64,000 bases of DNA, from positions 22,630,001 through 22,694,000 of the forward strand of contig NC_043016.1 of NCBI RefSeq assembly GCF_006345805.1, in the 5' to 3' direction. A program made the translations under genes and the position numbers. The stretch comes from Octopus sinensis. Taxonomy: Eukaryota. The notes beneath the pieces were generated by a model. The model was given only the letters and a program-made list of their open reading frames with translations, was not told the DNA's origin and did no database searches. Positions 25,291 to 39,868 of the stretch are shown one piece after another; the stretch's first letter is position 1; every line of letters begins with the position of its first letter.

Positions 25291-26468
25291 AGTGCAGGAG
25301 GTGGTCAAACTCTGCATAAGGAGTAGACAACCACCGTACATATATGTATACATGTTTATATGGATCAAAACAGTTTGATTCAAATTTTTTGGTAATCCAA
25401 GAGTTTCAAGCATTATGCTAATCTTCAGCCATTTTGAATTTGCATGAAAGAAGTTGATTGTTATCATAAGGCGGGCTGCAATTGGTCAAGGAAGGTCATG
25501 GTTTGATGTTGGTATAACCATGTATCAGTGATGACAGTTAGTGGGAAAACACCGCATGGTGAACAGGGAATCAACTATGTGGTGGACAGGAAATCAGTCA
25601 AGTTGTTGGAGGGGGGTAGGAAGGGGTGATATGCACAAGTATATAGTTGTATATGTGGGTGGGAGGACGTACTCATGGTTTTGCGAGCATGTCTGTATTG
25701 ATGCAAGTATACGCATCTGTACATTGAGGCACACATACACATGAATGGACATGCATGTGCATGCACATACACATGCATGCACACACATACATACTCATTC
25801 ATATTTACAATGCATGCATGCACACATTAGTGTGTACATGCATGAGTATACATGTGCATAACAAGCATTTGGGGTTGGTAAGCGTTGGGAATTTGTAAGT
25901 GTTGGGGATTGGTAAGCATTGAGGATTGGTAATTAACAGTCCTGCTCATGAGGACGGTTGGTGACAGTGACCTTGGTGCAGAGTAGCAGCTGGTACTAAG
26001 GTGGTATATTCAGGTTATCAGCAGTCAGAGGCTTGAAATTTGCCAGAAGGGCATACCACTGGTGACAGCAATACGATAAATTGTATTTCTGCAGGTTGTT
26101 GGAAGACAATATTTACAGACTATCATTTATAGGTTTATCTACTTTGAGATCCATTGTCCCCCCCCACACACACACATATAGATATAAATATATATGCATT
26201 TGTATGTATATATATATATACATATACTCACACACACATATATGTGTATCTAAATAGATATATGCATTTATACACATACATAGAGATATACATTATACAT
26301 ATAGATTTAGATTTGTGTATATTATGTGATATATAGATATAATACTACACATTTTCTTGTTTACACACAGAAAACTAAAAACTACACACACACACAGAGT
26401 TTATAATTTTCTGCTATCAAAGAAGTATTGAGTAATTTTAAGTTATAGGTTTATAGATTTTCAACTAA

Positions 26469-26505
<37 letters not shown>

Positions 26506-27166
26506 AATACATACATATACAAATGTTTGTAGATGTGTTTGTGCATGACATTCACACCCATACATTCATGCATGCACACTTGAATGCAAACACACAAAAA
26601 TTTGACGATCATGAGTTAAAACAAACAGGAACAATGAGTTTAATATTAAAAAATACATATAAAAAAAAATAATTTGACAGTTCACCATTAACAATGCAAT
26701 TAGAAAAAAATCAAAACTGGTGTTCAACAAAAGTAGGAAATTTACCAAGAATCTCAATAGTATTAGGATAAGGGGAAGCTTTAAAGAAAGATTACAAATC
26801 AAATGCAGACAACAAAATCTACAGCTAAAGAAAATAGGGAAAAAAAAAAACTTTTTTCTTTTTCTTTTCAGCGGTGTTTTCCATTGTTTTGTTTATATTT
26901 GGGTGTGTGCATTTGTATGCACATTTTCACACATAATATGTTTAAGTTATGTTTATACATGTATATACATGAAGTGCAAGCATGGTCATGTGGTTAAGAA
27001 GATTGCTTCCCAACAACATGAGTTCAAAGTAATGTCCACTATATTGTACATAGTCTGCAACTATAGCTCCAGGCTGACCAATGCCTTGTGAGTGGCATTG
27101 TTGATGGAAAATTGTACTGAAGCCTACTATGTACATTTATGCGTACACATGTATATGTATACATGC

Positions 27167-27223
<57 letters not shown>

Positions 27224-27646
27224 AGGGCACATGGACTAGTGGTTATAGTGTTGCACTCGTGGTCATGAGATCATGGTTTCAATTCCTAGACCAGGTGGCA
27301 CATTGTGTCCTTGAGCAAAACACTTCATCTCACATTGCTCTATGATCACTTTGACACCTGATGTATGGTACACAGTGCCTCTGTCCAGGCAATATCGAAT
27401 TGATGGAGGGAGTGAGCTAATGTACAGCACATACATTTGATCGCTATAAACAAATCATTTGTGCAGGTCGTTCAGCAAAAGCTGAATGCTCATACATCAT
27501 CTTCAACAAGAGGGTCCATGGTGTGTGTGTATTTACTAATGATTTGTAGGTATGTGGTATTTCGTTATGCAGCCATAATATACGATGAAGTATATTAAAT
27601 GTTTTTACAAGTTAACACCAAGTTCTACTGCATTAGCAGTGTGCTT

Positions 27647-27913
27647 TATATTATTTTGTTATGGTTATTTCTACAGATATTCCATAGAAATTATAGCCAG
27701 CACTGATTATTGCTACAGCATTTTGTATATGAGACATCAGATGCAAACAAACAATGAGACTGAAGATGAAAAATGGGTAATGAGCATCTGTGCCATATTT
27801 CTAGGGTTTTGTTCCTTCATCAGCATCCAACTAACCCATTAATCATCCTCGAACACACTACTTAAATTAGTGCTGGCTATCTGTAGAAATAACCTTAACA
27901 AAATAATGTATAT
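27647..27913. mobile_element. MITE-like element with ~50-bp terminal inverted repeats
   Basis: TATATTATTTTGTTATGGTTATTTCTACAGATA..ATAGCCAGCACTGATT (27647-27708) versus AATTAGTGCTGGCTATCTGTAGAAATAACCTTAACAAAATAATGTATA (27865-27913). Confidence 0.6.
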
Positions 27914-28125
27914 AAAATATGTGTTAAATATATGTCCAGTCAGAGAGTGACCAATGGTTTCACATCCATAAAGCACTTATATATATTAAATAGGTTAGTC
28001 AGAAGAAATTGTTCCTTTATTCATTTATGAATAAATGAAAGAACTATCTTTTCATTTAACTTTATTTAACATTATCCTATCCTGTACACTATCCAAAACA
28101 TTGTCCCTATGTATGTATATATGCA

Positions 28126-28156
<31 letters not shown>

Positions 28157-31100
28157 GGACACCACACAGACAAGGCATTGTTCAACTCATGGCTGACACG
28201 AGCCAACAACATTCTCATAGTGGGAACAAACCCTAAATCATCATACACACAAACATGCATGCACATACACACGTTTGTGTACGAAGCATACACATGTACA
28301 CAGAGTCTATAAGAGTTTCTCCTCCAAGCCAGTTGCCCCTACAAAGGTCTTTCTACATTTGGGTGTACACAAGCACATCAAATATAAATGTACACAACTT
28401 TACTTTTATCATCACTACTTAGCATACCTTCATTTTATACATGTGTGTGTGTACACGCACACATTCTTATATAGATATACACACACATGGACAAATATGC
28501 ATGTACATATACAAACACACTTAACAGCACACAAACATTCACACTACTTATCAATACATACATATACAAAATATGCACACCATACCACCAATGTTTCCCC
28601 AAACAGCCTGTTGACAAGATGCCAGACACCAACCAAAATATTGGCATTAGAAATTATTAAAACCACTTTGCAGTGTAAAAGAGAGAAACAGTTTCTTTGA
28701 TGTGACTCAAACTAAAGAACCAAACCACCAAATACTCATCAGAGAGTGCTTGCGACATCTTCTCCAGTAAGCACTAACTAAACATTTTGCAGAAATAGAA
28801 ATTTTTTTAAAAAATTATTTCCACTTTCAATAGCATTTTTTTCTTTTGTATAGTGTGTATGTGTGTATGTGTGCATATATATTATCATTATTATTATTAT
28901 TAATATTTAGCAGAGGTAACTATGTGTGTGTGTGTGTGTATATAAATATATATCTTTTCTCTTTTTAAGACAGTATGGTGTGATTTGAAGGAGATCTAAT
29001 TGCTTATTCTATTATCAGAGCAACCACTGCTCAGCATTATTGACATTAGTTACCACCAATGAAATAGTTATAATCCTCATGCAGAGTATTGTGCTTAAAT
29101 GACTTCCAGATTTCAGAGCTAAAATCAAAAGCATTCTATGGCCATTCCATCATGTGAGACATAGTTTATATTATCTAACATGTCTATCTGTTCCTTTAAA
29201 GACGGTAGAGTGTGATTTGAATGAGATTAAGCTACTCTTTCTTACAGGACAAGCAACCATGATGAGGCACCCTCATTGGTTTGTGTGCAATGGAATAGTT
29301 AAATGTTGTGTTAGCACTGTTGTTAAAGCATAGAATTTAAGTACAGCAAAATAGCAAAATGTTATGAGTAACATGAAATATAGTAAATGTTAATTAAATA
29401 TATATCAATCAAAGTACAGTGTTAATTGTACTTGTTAATTAAAATATACCAATCAAAGTACAGTGAAATTGATCAAACACTGTTACCAATTAAAGAACAG
29501 TGAAATAGTCAATGTTTATTAAAATATAATGAAATAGTAAAGGCAACTTTAATGAAGGTTGAATATTAATTGAAGTATACGATTATTAATAGTATAATAT
29601 TAATTAATTAATATGCAACAAAATAGTTAATGTTTTCATATAAAGAATGATTAAAATAGAAAACACTTTAATTGAAGTCTCATGTTAACTGAAGTAACAT
29701 ACATTAAAATACAATTAATTAGAAAATAGAGAGTTCTAAAACTCTTGTGAACATAAAATACTGGGAAATGCTAACAATGGAAGACTGAAAAAGGAAAGTG
29801 GAAGGGTGACAGAGAAGATGTTCATACAAATATTGGTGTAAGCGGAACTGGTAAACCACAAATTCTTATTACTTGGTTATATACATTTTCTAATCATGCA
29901 AATTAGTTGTGTTTTTTTAACTATTGACTTCATAATTCTATGTTTTCAGAGATTTATAACTTCTAGTATATTGTAGCTTATTTCCTATTCAAACCAGGAT
30001 CATGAGTGAGCATGTGTATGTGTGAATGAGAGAGAGAGAAAATGAATGTGTGTGTGTGTGCATACATGCCTGTTCATGTGTTGTTGCTGTTGTGGCTTAA
30101 CATCAAGTTGGCCCTGTTCAAACAGACCCATGATCAAGTGTAATTGAGTCCAGACTGTCACTTCTTACTTTCAACAATACTGTACCACAGACTACATTGA
30201 CAAATTTGTTGTTTTTCAAGATGATTCGAAGGAGATCTAGCCACTATTTCTAGCAGACTGACAACCACATAAAGGCTCTTTTGCTAGCTTGTGGAAGACG
30301 GTAGTGGGTGGCAGAATTCTATGACATATTTGTGAAATAAATATTCATGATGATAATTAAAGTTATAAAATTTAAAACCTACTGAATTATAAATCTATTT
30401 TGACACGATACAAGGCAATTTTTTCTTCTTTTTTTTTTCCTGTTTTTGTGGGAAATTCTATAATTGACTGGATAGTAAATTACTGCTTATATTTTACAAG
30501 CTGGAAAATTCTTTATCATTATTCACACTGTTTTTGCTAGATTATTTTCCTTTATGTCAATTTTTAAGCTTATTAATATTCAGTTAATATAGAGTTGTTA
30601 ATGTTATGTAATAAACAGTTCTATAATAAGAGTAATTTTATAGTATTGAATACAAGACTACTTTTTATCTGAGAGAAGATCAGAATAATGAAATGATAAA
30701 GGGAGGTATACAGAAAAATGGTTAAGAAACACTGGTCTTAGCAGCAGTAATAGCACCTTAGTACAAGAAGTGCCTTAATGAATCTGAACCAAATACTATC
30801 ACCATCAGGCAGTCAGTCACACCTACAAACAATACTTGTCTGGTTCCAACTTCCAGTTAAGACTGTTTTGTTTTAATATCTAGTTTTGACCCTTGAGAAA
30901 AGATATGAACAATACATTCTGTCACCTATGTCACCAACCCACACACAAGCAAAAACAGTTTCCTTCAATTATAATCCAATACTTCAGCTTTGCTTTACCA
31001 TAACTCAACTGTAATGCACAGGTGTGTGTATGTGAGTGTGAAAGTGTGTTGACTATATACACACATAAATAAAAAGGCAACAAACATTGATATACAGACA

Positions 31101-32519
31101 TTTAGAAATATATACTGCAAGCACATACTCGCTCTTGTGCATAGGTGTGAATGTGCACACACAAACATACACACATATATAGACATACATCCATGTGTAT
31201 GTATACATGTGTTTGTGTGTGTATTTGTGTGAGTATATGTCAAAATAAGAAGGCAACTACTAATAGCCTAATATACTAATGTACGACACTGCAAGTCTAA
31301 AAGTCGTGCATATGATTATGTGAGTGCACACATCAGTGTGTATGTGTGGACACATCTGTACATAAACAAGTGTGCATGTGTGTATATATATGTGTGGGAG
31401 GGTAGGGAAGTTTGTGATGTTCATTCAGTACAGATATGTGAAATGCAAAAGAGATTATCAATAATATCTCCAAAGATCATGAGTTCAAATCCACTGCAAG
31501 TCTTCAATTTCAGGGGTCTAACTTTTAATTAAAATTCCTTGATTTACTACATCATGCATGCTATGTAGCATCTGTCTCTGGACATTTTTTTCCCAGGGCA
31601 TTCTTTTAATTTTTATCACACCATTCAGTGTTTAATGACTGAAAACATAAGGCCACTTTCCAGTAAAGCTTTGCAGTAAACCAATAGTTCTATACCCCAA
31701 TCCAACCAGAGAGAACGTTAAGAGCCATGAAGGAGGTGGAAAGCAGTTTTCAAATTTAACTACAACTACTATTGTATTACATAGTGATATAAAACCTAGA
31801 AACCATAGAAAGTGTCTAAGTGTTTGGAATGTCCAATAAATAAGGTTGAGAAACACTCAGTAAGACTTGGGCTGTATAATAAACTGAAACATGTCTAGAA
31901 GAGTATTCATTCCATTGCCGAATATCAAACTCATTCACCATTGTATTCCCTATTTAATTAATTTTCAGGTTTATTTCCATTGCCTTCTATCATCAGAATT
32001 AGTCACAAAGATAATTAGTTTTCTCATCAACAAGAAATTAGTTAATAAAAATTTCTTGACATACTAAATCAATTATTCTGACTACGATTTCATTGTGTGT
32101 TTGAGATACACAGATGATCAGTAGATTGATACCAGTGATAGAATGGTCTCACCCCTCCGAGGGGACATTTAACTCCCACCCAAAACAAAACACAACATAA
32201 CACCAAACTTGATCAGCTGTCCAAAAGGGATGATTTGAGACTACCCAAGGGGAGTTCATATTTCAACTTTACAACGTAGGTATATGATAGTTAAGGTGGT
32301 GACAAGGAGAATCAGCATAGCAGCAGACAAAAATGTCTGGCAGTATTTGTTCTAACCATTTAGGCTCTGAGCTTAGCCACAATCACATTGGTGCCAAACT
32401 ATATCAACCTTTATTTTTTACTTGGATAACATAATTGAAATGGGGAGAGGAGCCTTGCTATGTAGGTAACTAACTACTGGTCTTTCATTAAGAAAAAGAA
32501 ATAACAATAACTTGTCTAG

Positions 32520-33150
32520 GCTTGTGTCATGGAAAGGAACCTATCAGGTGTAGACATATACCCTGACATACTTTAGTCTACAAGGTCATTAGGTCGTTAC
32601 ATACTCTGCACTTTGCACTTTTTGCAGATTTGTCTATTTTGGCCTTAATGATATTCATCAGCAATGACTGACTTTGAGCAGCCATTACAAGTCCTTTCAT
32701 TTCTTTCTGAAAGTCTTCATTTTTCACCTATAACTAAAAGTTCTGTGCTGCAACGTCTGAGATGCTGATTATGTGGTTCTTTTCTCCAGATGTTTCTTCT
32801 GTGCTCCTGTTTTCTTTTTGTATTCTATTGCCATCCCTGTAGTTTCTTTCTTCTCTCCTCTGACAGCTGAAATCAGTCTTTCTTGAGTTGCTCTTCATAT
32901 ACTCTTCTTCTATATCACATTTTGTTATCTCTACACAATCTTCTATCGATATCAGTCCTCTCTCCCATCCTTCCATGGTAGGTATAATCTATTAACACTG
33001 TCTCTGAGATGTCATGACTTGTACATGGGTATTATCTTTCTGGTCTTACAATCTATATTTCTTAGCTCTTCCTTGGGCCAGTTCAGGAAAGCCGCAGAAT
33101 ATCATATTAGAAAGAGATCGCCCATGCGTTTATACTCCTATCTTTTGACA
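32520..33150 (-). mobile_element. Decayed RLE-type (R4/NeSL-like) non-LTR retrotransposon fragment
   Basis: GWERGLISIEDCVE matches the GGRGL.S.EDC motif also seen at 48027-48218. Confidence 0.6.
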
Positions 33151-34248
33151 TGACATTCCTCCCTATATGGAAAAATATTAAACAGGAAAGGTTCCTTTAC
33201 TGGTTGAACAAGCCAGCAGATGATACCTGCAAGTCCCAGTTGACTAGAGCTCCACAACATATATGTATGTATATGTGTCTGTTTCTGTATATAAACATGT
33301 GTGTGAATAAATATAAATACACATGTGCATGAGTGAATACATGTTTAATTTGAATTTATATATTTCTTAGAGAAGTGCCTCATCTTCTAATGTATTGCAT
33401 TATTTATGTATATATATTGTTCTGACGGTAATAATTTGTTTGTATTTAAACACTTTCCAAAATAAACATACATTCTGTTTTAGAGGCTTCAAGGAAGTTA
33501 TGGGATGTCGCACAAAACTCAGCTCTGAGTGCACTTTATCTTACAGTAGAAATAGTTGTAGGCTAATGAAGTTAATCACATAAATCTTGTTCCCTTGTCA
33601 CTCTATACACATATATTTATTAATATTTAGCCTTAGTAATGGAATGACTCAAGGTCTGAAAGTTTTGTGCCAACGCATGAAACTCTTGGACCTTGAGCCA
33701 CTCTGTTACTTCTGCTAAATATTAATAAATATATACATATATTCATTTGCATCAACATGTGTGTGTGTGTGTGTATATACATATACACACACACGATGCT
33801 GAGGCTTCTTTCCATTGTTAATCTGTTTTACATAACTATCACTAAAATATCGAATTAGTAGCTGTGGCCAGTGCTACCTGACTGGCTTAATTGCCGGTGG
33901 CACATAAAAAGCACCCACTACACTTCTGGAGTGGTTGGCATTAGGAATGGCATCCAGCTGTAGAAACATTGCCAGATCAGATTGGCTTGCAGGACCTCAG
34001 TCAAACTGTCCAACCCATGCCAGCATGGAAAGCAGCTGATAATATTTTGAGTGCTATTCTTCCTGTTTGGATCAGCATATATATATATATATATATATCA
34101 AAATAAGTAACAAGGATATCCAGAGGTAATTTTAATCACCTTACTTTGAAATTGTATGGATAATACCGTACTAAATTCTGGTGCTTCAACTTAAGTACCA
34201 TATTCATCTGAATCTAAATTTTTGCTGAACTCATCTACTATACCCAAG

Positions 34249-34316
<68 letters not shown>

Positions 34317-35226
34317 AATATATATATATATATACATATACATACATACATACATACATACACACATGACGCTGAGGCTTCTTCCATTGCTAATCTGTTT
34401 CACACAACTATCACAAAAAAAAGTAAAACCTCAATTCCACAGAAAGGAAAAGACTTTAATACATGTCTTGAGTACTTCTTTTTTCTATTTAGTTGTGGTG
34501 GTGATGGTGATGGTTAATGCAAACTGAGTGTCTAGGATTATCATGCCACATTCTTGGTAGTCATGTTTCGTATTGTTTTGTTTGTAGAATTTAGGCCTTG
34601 CATCGTAAAAAAACAGTCATGTCACTGAAGACTGGGTGTTTGGATTTTCTCGTATCACATTGCTAGCAAGATCTTATCAAGAGCCCTCTATTGAGGTATG
34701 TTACCACAATTTTTGCCAGAAGGTGAAAATGAAGAGTAGCACTGCAAGTGAGAGGCAACAATTCTCCAAATCAACCACCATAAAAACATATCTATATAAT
34801 TTAAATGGATTTATGCACACTTGTTTACATACATGTGCACATGCATACAAAGTTGTGTGTGTGTGTGTATGCATGTTTTATGGGAAGTAGTGGGGCAGGG
34901 GGGTTTTCTTAAAACATTTTTTGAGGGTACTTTCATTTTTTGATTTTTTTTTGTTTTTGTTTTTGCATTCTTCTCTCATAAAGGTGTATAAATACTTTAA
35001 GAAGCAATAGGAGGAGGAGGAAGAATAATAAATCTGACAGGACAGACAGAGAGAGAGAGAAATAGAGAGAGAGAGAAGAATAAGTCGATAGTCTTTTTAC
35101 CAAGTAATTTCCAGCACACCTGGTGCGAATAAGATGCTGTTGAGAAAGAACCTGAAAGAGATATATCATACATAAAGTTTAGACTGAAGGGAGACCAAAT
35201 ATATATATATGTATACATATATATAC

Positions 35227-35259
<33 letters not shown>

Positions 35260-35329
35260 CATATATATACATATATATATATATACATATATATACATAC
35301 TTATATATATATATACATATACATATATA

Positions 35330-35453
35330 TAGGGTGTCCCAAAAGTTAACACTCCAATCTGAAAACCCTTGACACTTATATAGTCATCTTATAAAATATA
35401 AAACAGGTAATGAACCCAATTTTAAAATCAAACATTCCTTTTGGGAGACCCTG
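35330..35453. mobile_element. Tc1/mariner-type mini-MITE
   Basis: TIRs (T)AGGGTGTCCCAAAAG and CTTTTGGGAGACCCTG, inserted in a TA context. Confidence 0.7.
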
Positions 35454-36204
35454 TGCATGTGTACACGTGTGTACATATATATTCATATACATATATATAT
35501 GGGGCAGGAGGTAATCAAAACTTTTTTTTTTCAAATTAATTAAATAAAGCACAGTCATTGAGAGAGATTGCAATGATAGAAAGATGAGGTAATTGCCAGC
35601 ATGTTGACATACATCATCTGATTGTGTGTGTGTGTTTGTGTGTGTGTATACTGACAGTGTCGTGCTCATGTTATCCAAACCAATAGCTAAGCATTAACTA
35701 AGATGTCAAGTTTATCTCTTTTTTTTCTTGTTAATTTATTAGATGATTTTTTTTTCTCTTTTTCTTAATTTTTTTATTTTTTAAAATGGTAACAGCAGTG
35801 TCTCAGGAAGCTTGCAAGCAAAATAAATGAAGCATGCAAAGAATTAAGAGATCATAGCCAAATAAAATAAATTGAAATAAATATAAAAAGATATGGTTAG
35901 AGAAAAAATGTCAGTGCATCAATGTGTGAGTGGATGGTGTCAGTGTAAAATATTTTGAAATGACTACATACATACATACATACATGCTCATATGTCCAAA
36001 CTAACTTAAATTTCAACTATGTACAATAAAGTCTACCTTTCAAAGGTGTGAGAAGAAGAATAACCAGCCGCTTTAATATCGATAAAATAAAGTACCAGTC
36101 AAGTAATGGTACCAATGAAATAGACTAACATTCTCCATTTGAAATGGCTGACTTTGTACCAAAATAAAAAGAATTATTATTATTATTATTATTATTACTA
36201 TTAA

Positions 36205-36980
36205 GGTGGCAAGCTGGCAGAATTGTTAGCATACCAGGCAAAATGTTTAGCCACATTTTGTTCATCTTTACATTCTGAGTTCAAATTCCACTGAGGTCGA
36301 CTTTGCTTTTCATCCTTTCAGGATTGATGAAATAAGTACCAGTAGAGTACTAGAGTCAATGTAATCGACTTACTCCCTCCCCTGAAATTGCTGGCCTTGT
36401 GCCAAAATTTGAAATTATCCCCCATCGTGATGATTATTATTATTGAGTGAGAGAGCAGTGCATGCCATCAAAGTGACACTGGGGTAAAATATACGAAGCC
36501 TAGTATACCCATCATAACTACCCGTCTGATAAGGGTACACCAAGCACATACATCACAACCATATGTGCGTGACATAGTGATCTCATATCAAGATAAACAG
36601 CACATGACCAGTTAGAATTTTCTTCGGGTCGAGTAACCCCTCCCACTCAAAAGGTCCCTGAATAAGAATTGTTTAAGGATGTTGAACGAACCACCCGTGT
36701 TTCCATAGGTGAATTATCCAAACCTCCAAGAATTCCTTTCAATACACGGCTATGATGCTCCCCCACTACTTCTGTTTGTGATCAGAGATGCACATATCGT
36801 CAGCCACTAAGGGACATGCTCAACTGGTTAAGGTCAAACAACTGACAAGCAAATCTGTGGTATTGAGCAGAATATTTGCTGTAGCCCATCTTTTATACCA
36901 AGACAAAACAATGTACATGATAACACTTCCAATCAGTTAAGATCAGAAGTCATGAGTGTACTGGTACTGCATCAGGTCAT
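36205..36980 (+). mobile_element. SINE family C copy followed by family E copy C
   Basis: Family C head at 36205. The family E body at 36440-36980 retains CpGs that are lost in copies A and B. Confidence 0.75.
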
Positions 36981-37789
36981 TTATTATTATTATTATTATT
37001 ATTATTAATATTCTTATTTCAAATCCCACTAAAATCAACTTTGTCTTCCCTCCATACAGGATTAATAAAATAAGAGTACATTTTGGGAGAGCCATTTCCC
37101 TAATAATTATTACCCAGACATACTCATATAGTATTATTATTAATTACTTCTACAGTCTTTAAAAACGAACTGGTTATGAGTAATAATAGTATTTTGTCTT
37201 GATTCTATAAACTATTCACTGATCTAATTCACTGAAATATTTTGCCATTCAAATCAATATTTCCCTCTACTATCACACTGTTAAGAACAATTTTTACATT
37301 AAATATTTGAAACTAATGTTATATATATCTACCTGCCATCTCTACCACCACTAAAAAAAACTATGAGTCAGTCACAGCAATTTGACTAATAGATACAGCA
37401 AAAACAAAAAGTTTAGAGCTTAACTCATCTTGTCAGTAATCCTGTATTATAAACCCTTAGAGTCATTATGCCAATATTTTCTTCTCTTTCATACTAAGTC
37501 ATAAACATTCAAAAGTATTTTACTGTAGAATTGAGCATTCAGTGTTAATTTTGTTTTTTCCAAATTTGTTGGGGAAAAAAGCGTAAGCATTAATTAGTAT
37601 TAAAACCATTAGGAATTGATAAAAGAATTCCAAAAGATATTTCATACAGAACCTCCAGAGAATACAACAATGTTCTTGTTTTTTTTTCTTTCCTTTTTTT
37701 TTTAATACCTTCATTAGTGTTAAATAATTATGGGCAATAGACATCATGCATTCAATAGCAACAATGAAATTCAAAGATAGAAAGCTTAC

Positions 37790-37903
37790 TTTCTGAGAGT
37801 GGAACTGATATAATGACACCATTACCGGTTCCTATCCATAACCGATTACAAGAGATCAACAAAGACGTGATTCTCACAAATGAAAATCCAAGTTTACCGG
37901 TAC
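37790..37903 (-). CDS. MAPK8IP3/SPAG9: JIP3/4 coding exon 10: (G)[37 protein letters not shown]
   Basis: Acceptor tttataccAG, donor GAAA|GTaagc, phase 1 to 1. Conserved [13 protein letters not shown]...[12 protein letters not shown]. Confidence 0.96.
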
Positions 37904-38188
37904 CTGGTATAAATAGTAAAAATAAATACTGATGATGAAAAAGAACAACTGAAGAAACAAATGATTATCAAGATTCAATATTAAAAGAAATGCTAAAATG
38001 CATCCAAAAACTAAGTGATCTAAAGTGTAGCATAGAATCAAGCACAATTTCAAGCAGGTTTAAGGGAAGATATTTGCTAGATATAAATTTTTTTTTTCCA
38101 AATGTCATCTTATTACAGAAGGAACTTAGACTAAGCTATTGGATGTGTATTATAGAAAATATTACAAATTAAACAGAAGGATCTGATC

Positions 38189-38258
38189 TTATACCCACCT
38201 ACTGTAAATTGATTACTAGTCTATGACCTAGTAATCAATTTACAGTAGGTGGGTATAA
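38189..38258. repeat. Perfect 31-bp inverted repeat with 8-nt loop (70-nt hairpin)
   Basis: TTATACCCACCTACTGTAAATTGATTACTAG-tctatgac-CTAGTAATCAATTTACAGTAGGTGGGTATAA. Confidence 0.97.
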
Positions 38259-38632
38259 ATCCTTGCAGAATTTCATTCATTCAACATAACTGAAAATGTA
38301 GGAAATCCAGAGATTTTGCCTCATAAAGAGTTTTTTGGGGGGGGCAAAATATTCCTTCTATTACAGCAAATTTTATATGACGGAAACAGAAAACTGTTTC
38401 CTGAATAATTAGGCAACAAACCTTATAGTTAAATTAAGATAAAATTAACACTTTATGCAAACATTATTTACTAGGAAATCCATTGGATAATTGGATTAAA
38501 ACGTATTCATATATCAGTACCTCTGGATTTTAAATCCAGAGGTACTAACATATGGATACTTACACATTTAAAGTAACCACAAATAGCTAAAATACTAAGA
38601 AATAGTAAAAGAGAAAGACAGAGAAAACTTAC

Positions 38633-38804
38633 CAAGCATTTTACTAACATATGGTTCAATGTCTACATCCTGTAGGTGCTGGTAAGTATAGGCATGATAC
38701 AACCTAAGAGTGCTATCTAGTCTTATGGACACCCAAACACCATCACCAACCCATGCAAGTTGCCGCACTTGGCTTTCTTTCCGAGGATGAGCATCAAAAC
38801 TTTT
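38633..38804 (-). CDS. MAPK8IP3/SPAG9: JIP3/4 coding exon 9: [57 protein letters not shown]
   Basis: Acceptor ttttgcAG, donor TTG|GTaag, phase 0 to 1. Most conserved block of the family. Confidence 0.97.
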
Positions 38805-38988
38805 CTGCAAAAATAAGAATGGTATAATTCAGTGTGTGTGTGTGTGTATTAAAGGAAAACTAAAAATTACAAAGCAAAAAAAAAAAGAAAGAAAAGCAGT
38901 AAATTACAAGAATTTAAGAAGAGTCTAACAAACTGATATGGTAAGTGGTTGGCTAAACATAAAACAGAAGGAAAAAAAGATCACTTAC

Positions 38989-39140
38989 AACTACTTTCAT
39001 ATTCTGAGGATCCACTACATGGATACTGTTCTTGCAGCCACACCATACAAGTTTGTTTGCAACAAGGACCATACATCGTATCGAATGTGTTGGTTTTCCT
39101 AAATCCAAAAGATGGTAGTTCTTCAAGTCCCATTGGCCAT
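38989..39140 (-). CDS. MAPK8IP3/SPAG9: JIP3/4 coding exon 8: (D)[50 protein letters not shown]
   Basis: Acceptor tttttcttgcAG, donor TT|GTaagt, phase 1 to 0. [15 protein letters not shown] motif. Confidence 0.95.
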
Positions 39141-39800
39141 CTGCAAGAAAAAGATTACATTTTAATTTTACATCAACGAGCAGACTAGAATACTTATTCT
39201 TTTATTTAAAAAATGTCTTACACTACAGTAATCTTAAAGTTATAGTCCATAAACTGTCAGAGCCCGCTAAGTAACATAGTAATCTATGACTTTGTTAAAT
39301 TATGTAGCTTAAGTGTAGTTAAGGTCAAGTTGATATGCCATTATGTATCATTATATTCCGTCTATAAAAAGTTAACAATAATTATGAAAACAACTAACAA
39401 ATGTGCAGTACAACAAATGGATTAATTCAAGGAGATGGAGAAAGTGGTGGCAGAGGCAACCAAGAAGAGACTGACTCAATGATACCGAGATGAGAACATA
39501 GGAATGTATAAAGAAAATCCAAGATTGAGAAAAATGTAAAATATTGGTAAAAAGATTCAGGTACTCCAAAGGTCAAAATGATAGAGAAATGACTTGATTT
39601 ATTTCCCTGAAACTCATGACTTACATTAACCTACAGCAATATCAAGCTAATATTTGGGAAGAAGACCTGCAAAGGTTAGAACTAATATTTGTTCTCAGAC
39701 TTGAATATTCTTGAAGTTTTCTTTTGCAGATAGTTTAAAAAACAAAAGACAACAATGAAATAAAATCTTGCATTTTCTTTTTTCTTTTTTGTTTTTTTAC

Positions 39801-39868
39801 CTGAAGCTCTATGGAATATTGCCACAGATCCATCTGCTAATGCTACTAGGACTCTGCCTTTGGTGTGC
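39801..39868 (-). CDS. MAPK8IP3/SPAG9: JIP3/4 coding exon 7: HTKGRVLVALADGSVAIFHRAS
   Basis: Acceptor ttctttacAG, donor CAG|GTaaaa, phase 2 to 1. VLVALADG.xAIFHR motif. Confidence 0.95.

Noticed and set aside
29330-29720. Degenerate AT-rich tandem repeats (ATCAATCAAAGTACAGTG); also the short minisatellite at 25840-25930 and a 24-bp duplication near 52840
   Set aside because: Ordinary low-complexity slippage products with no further structure.
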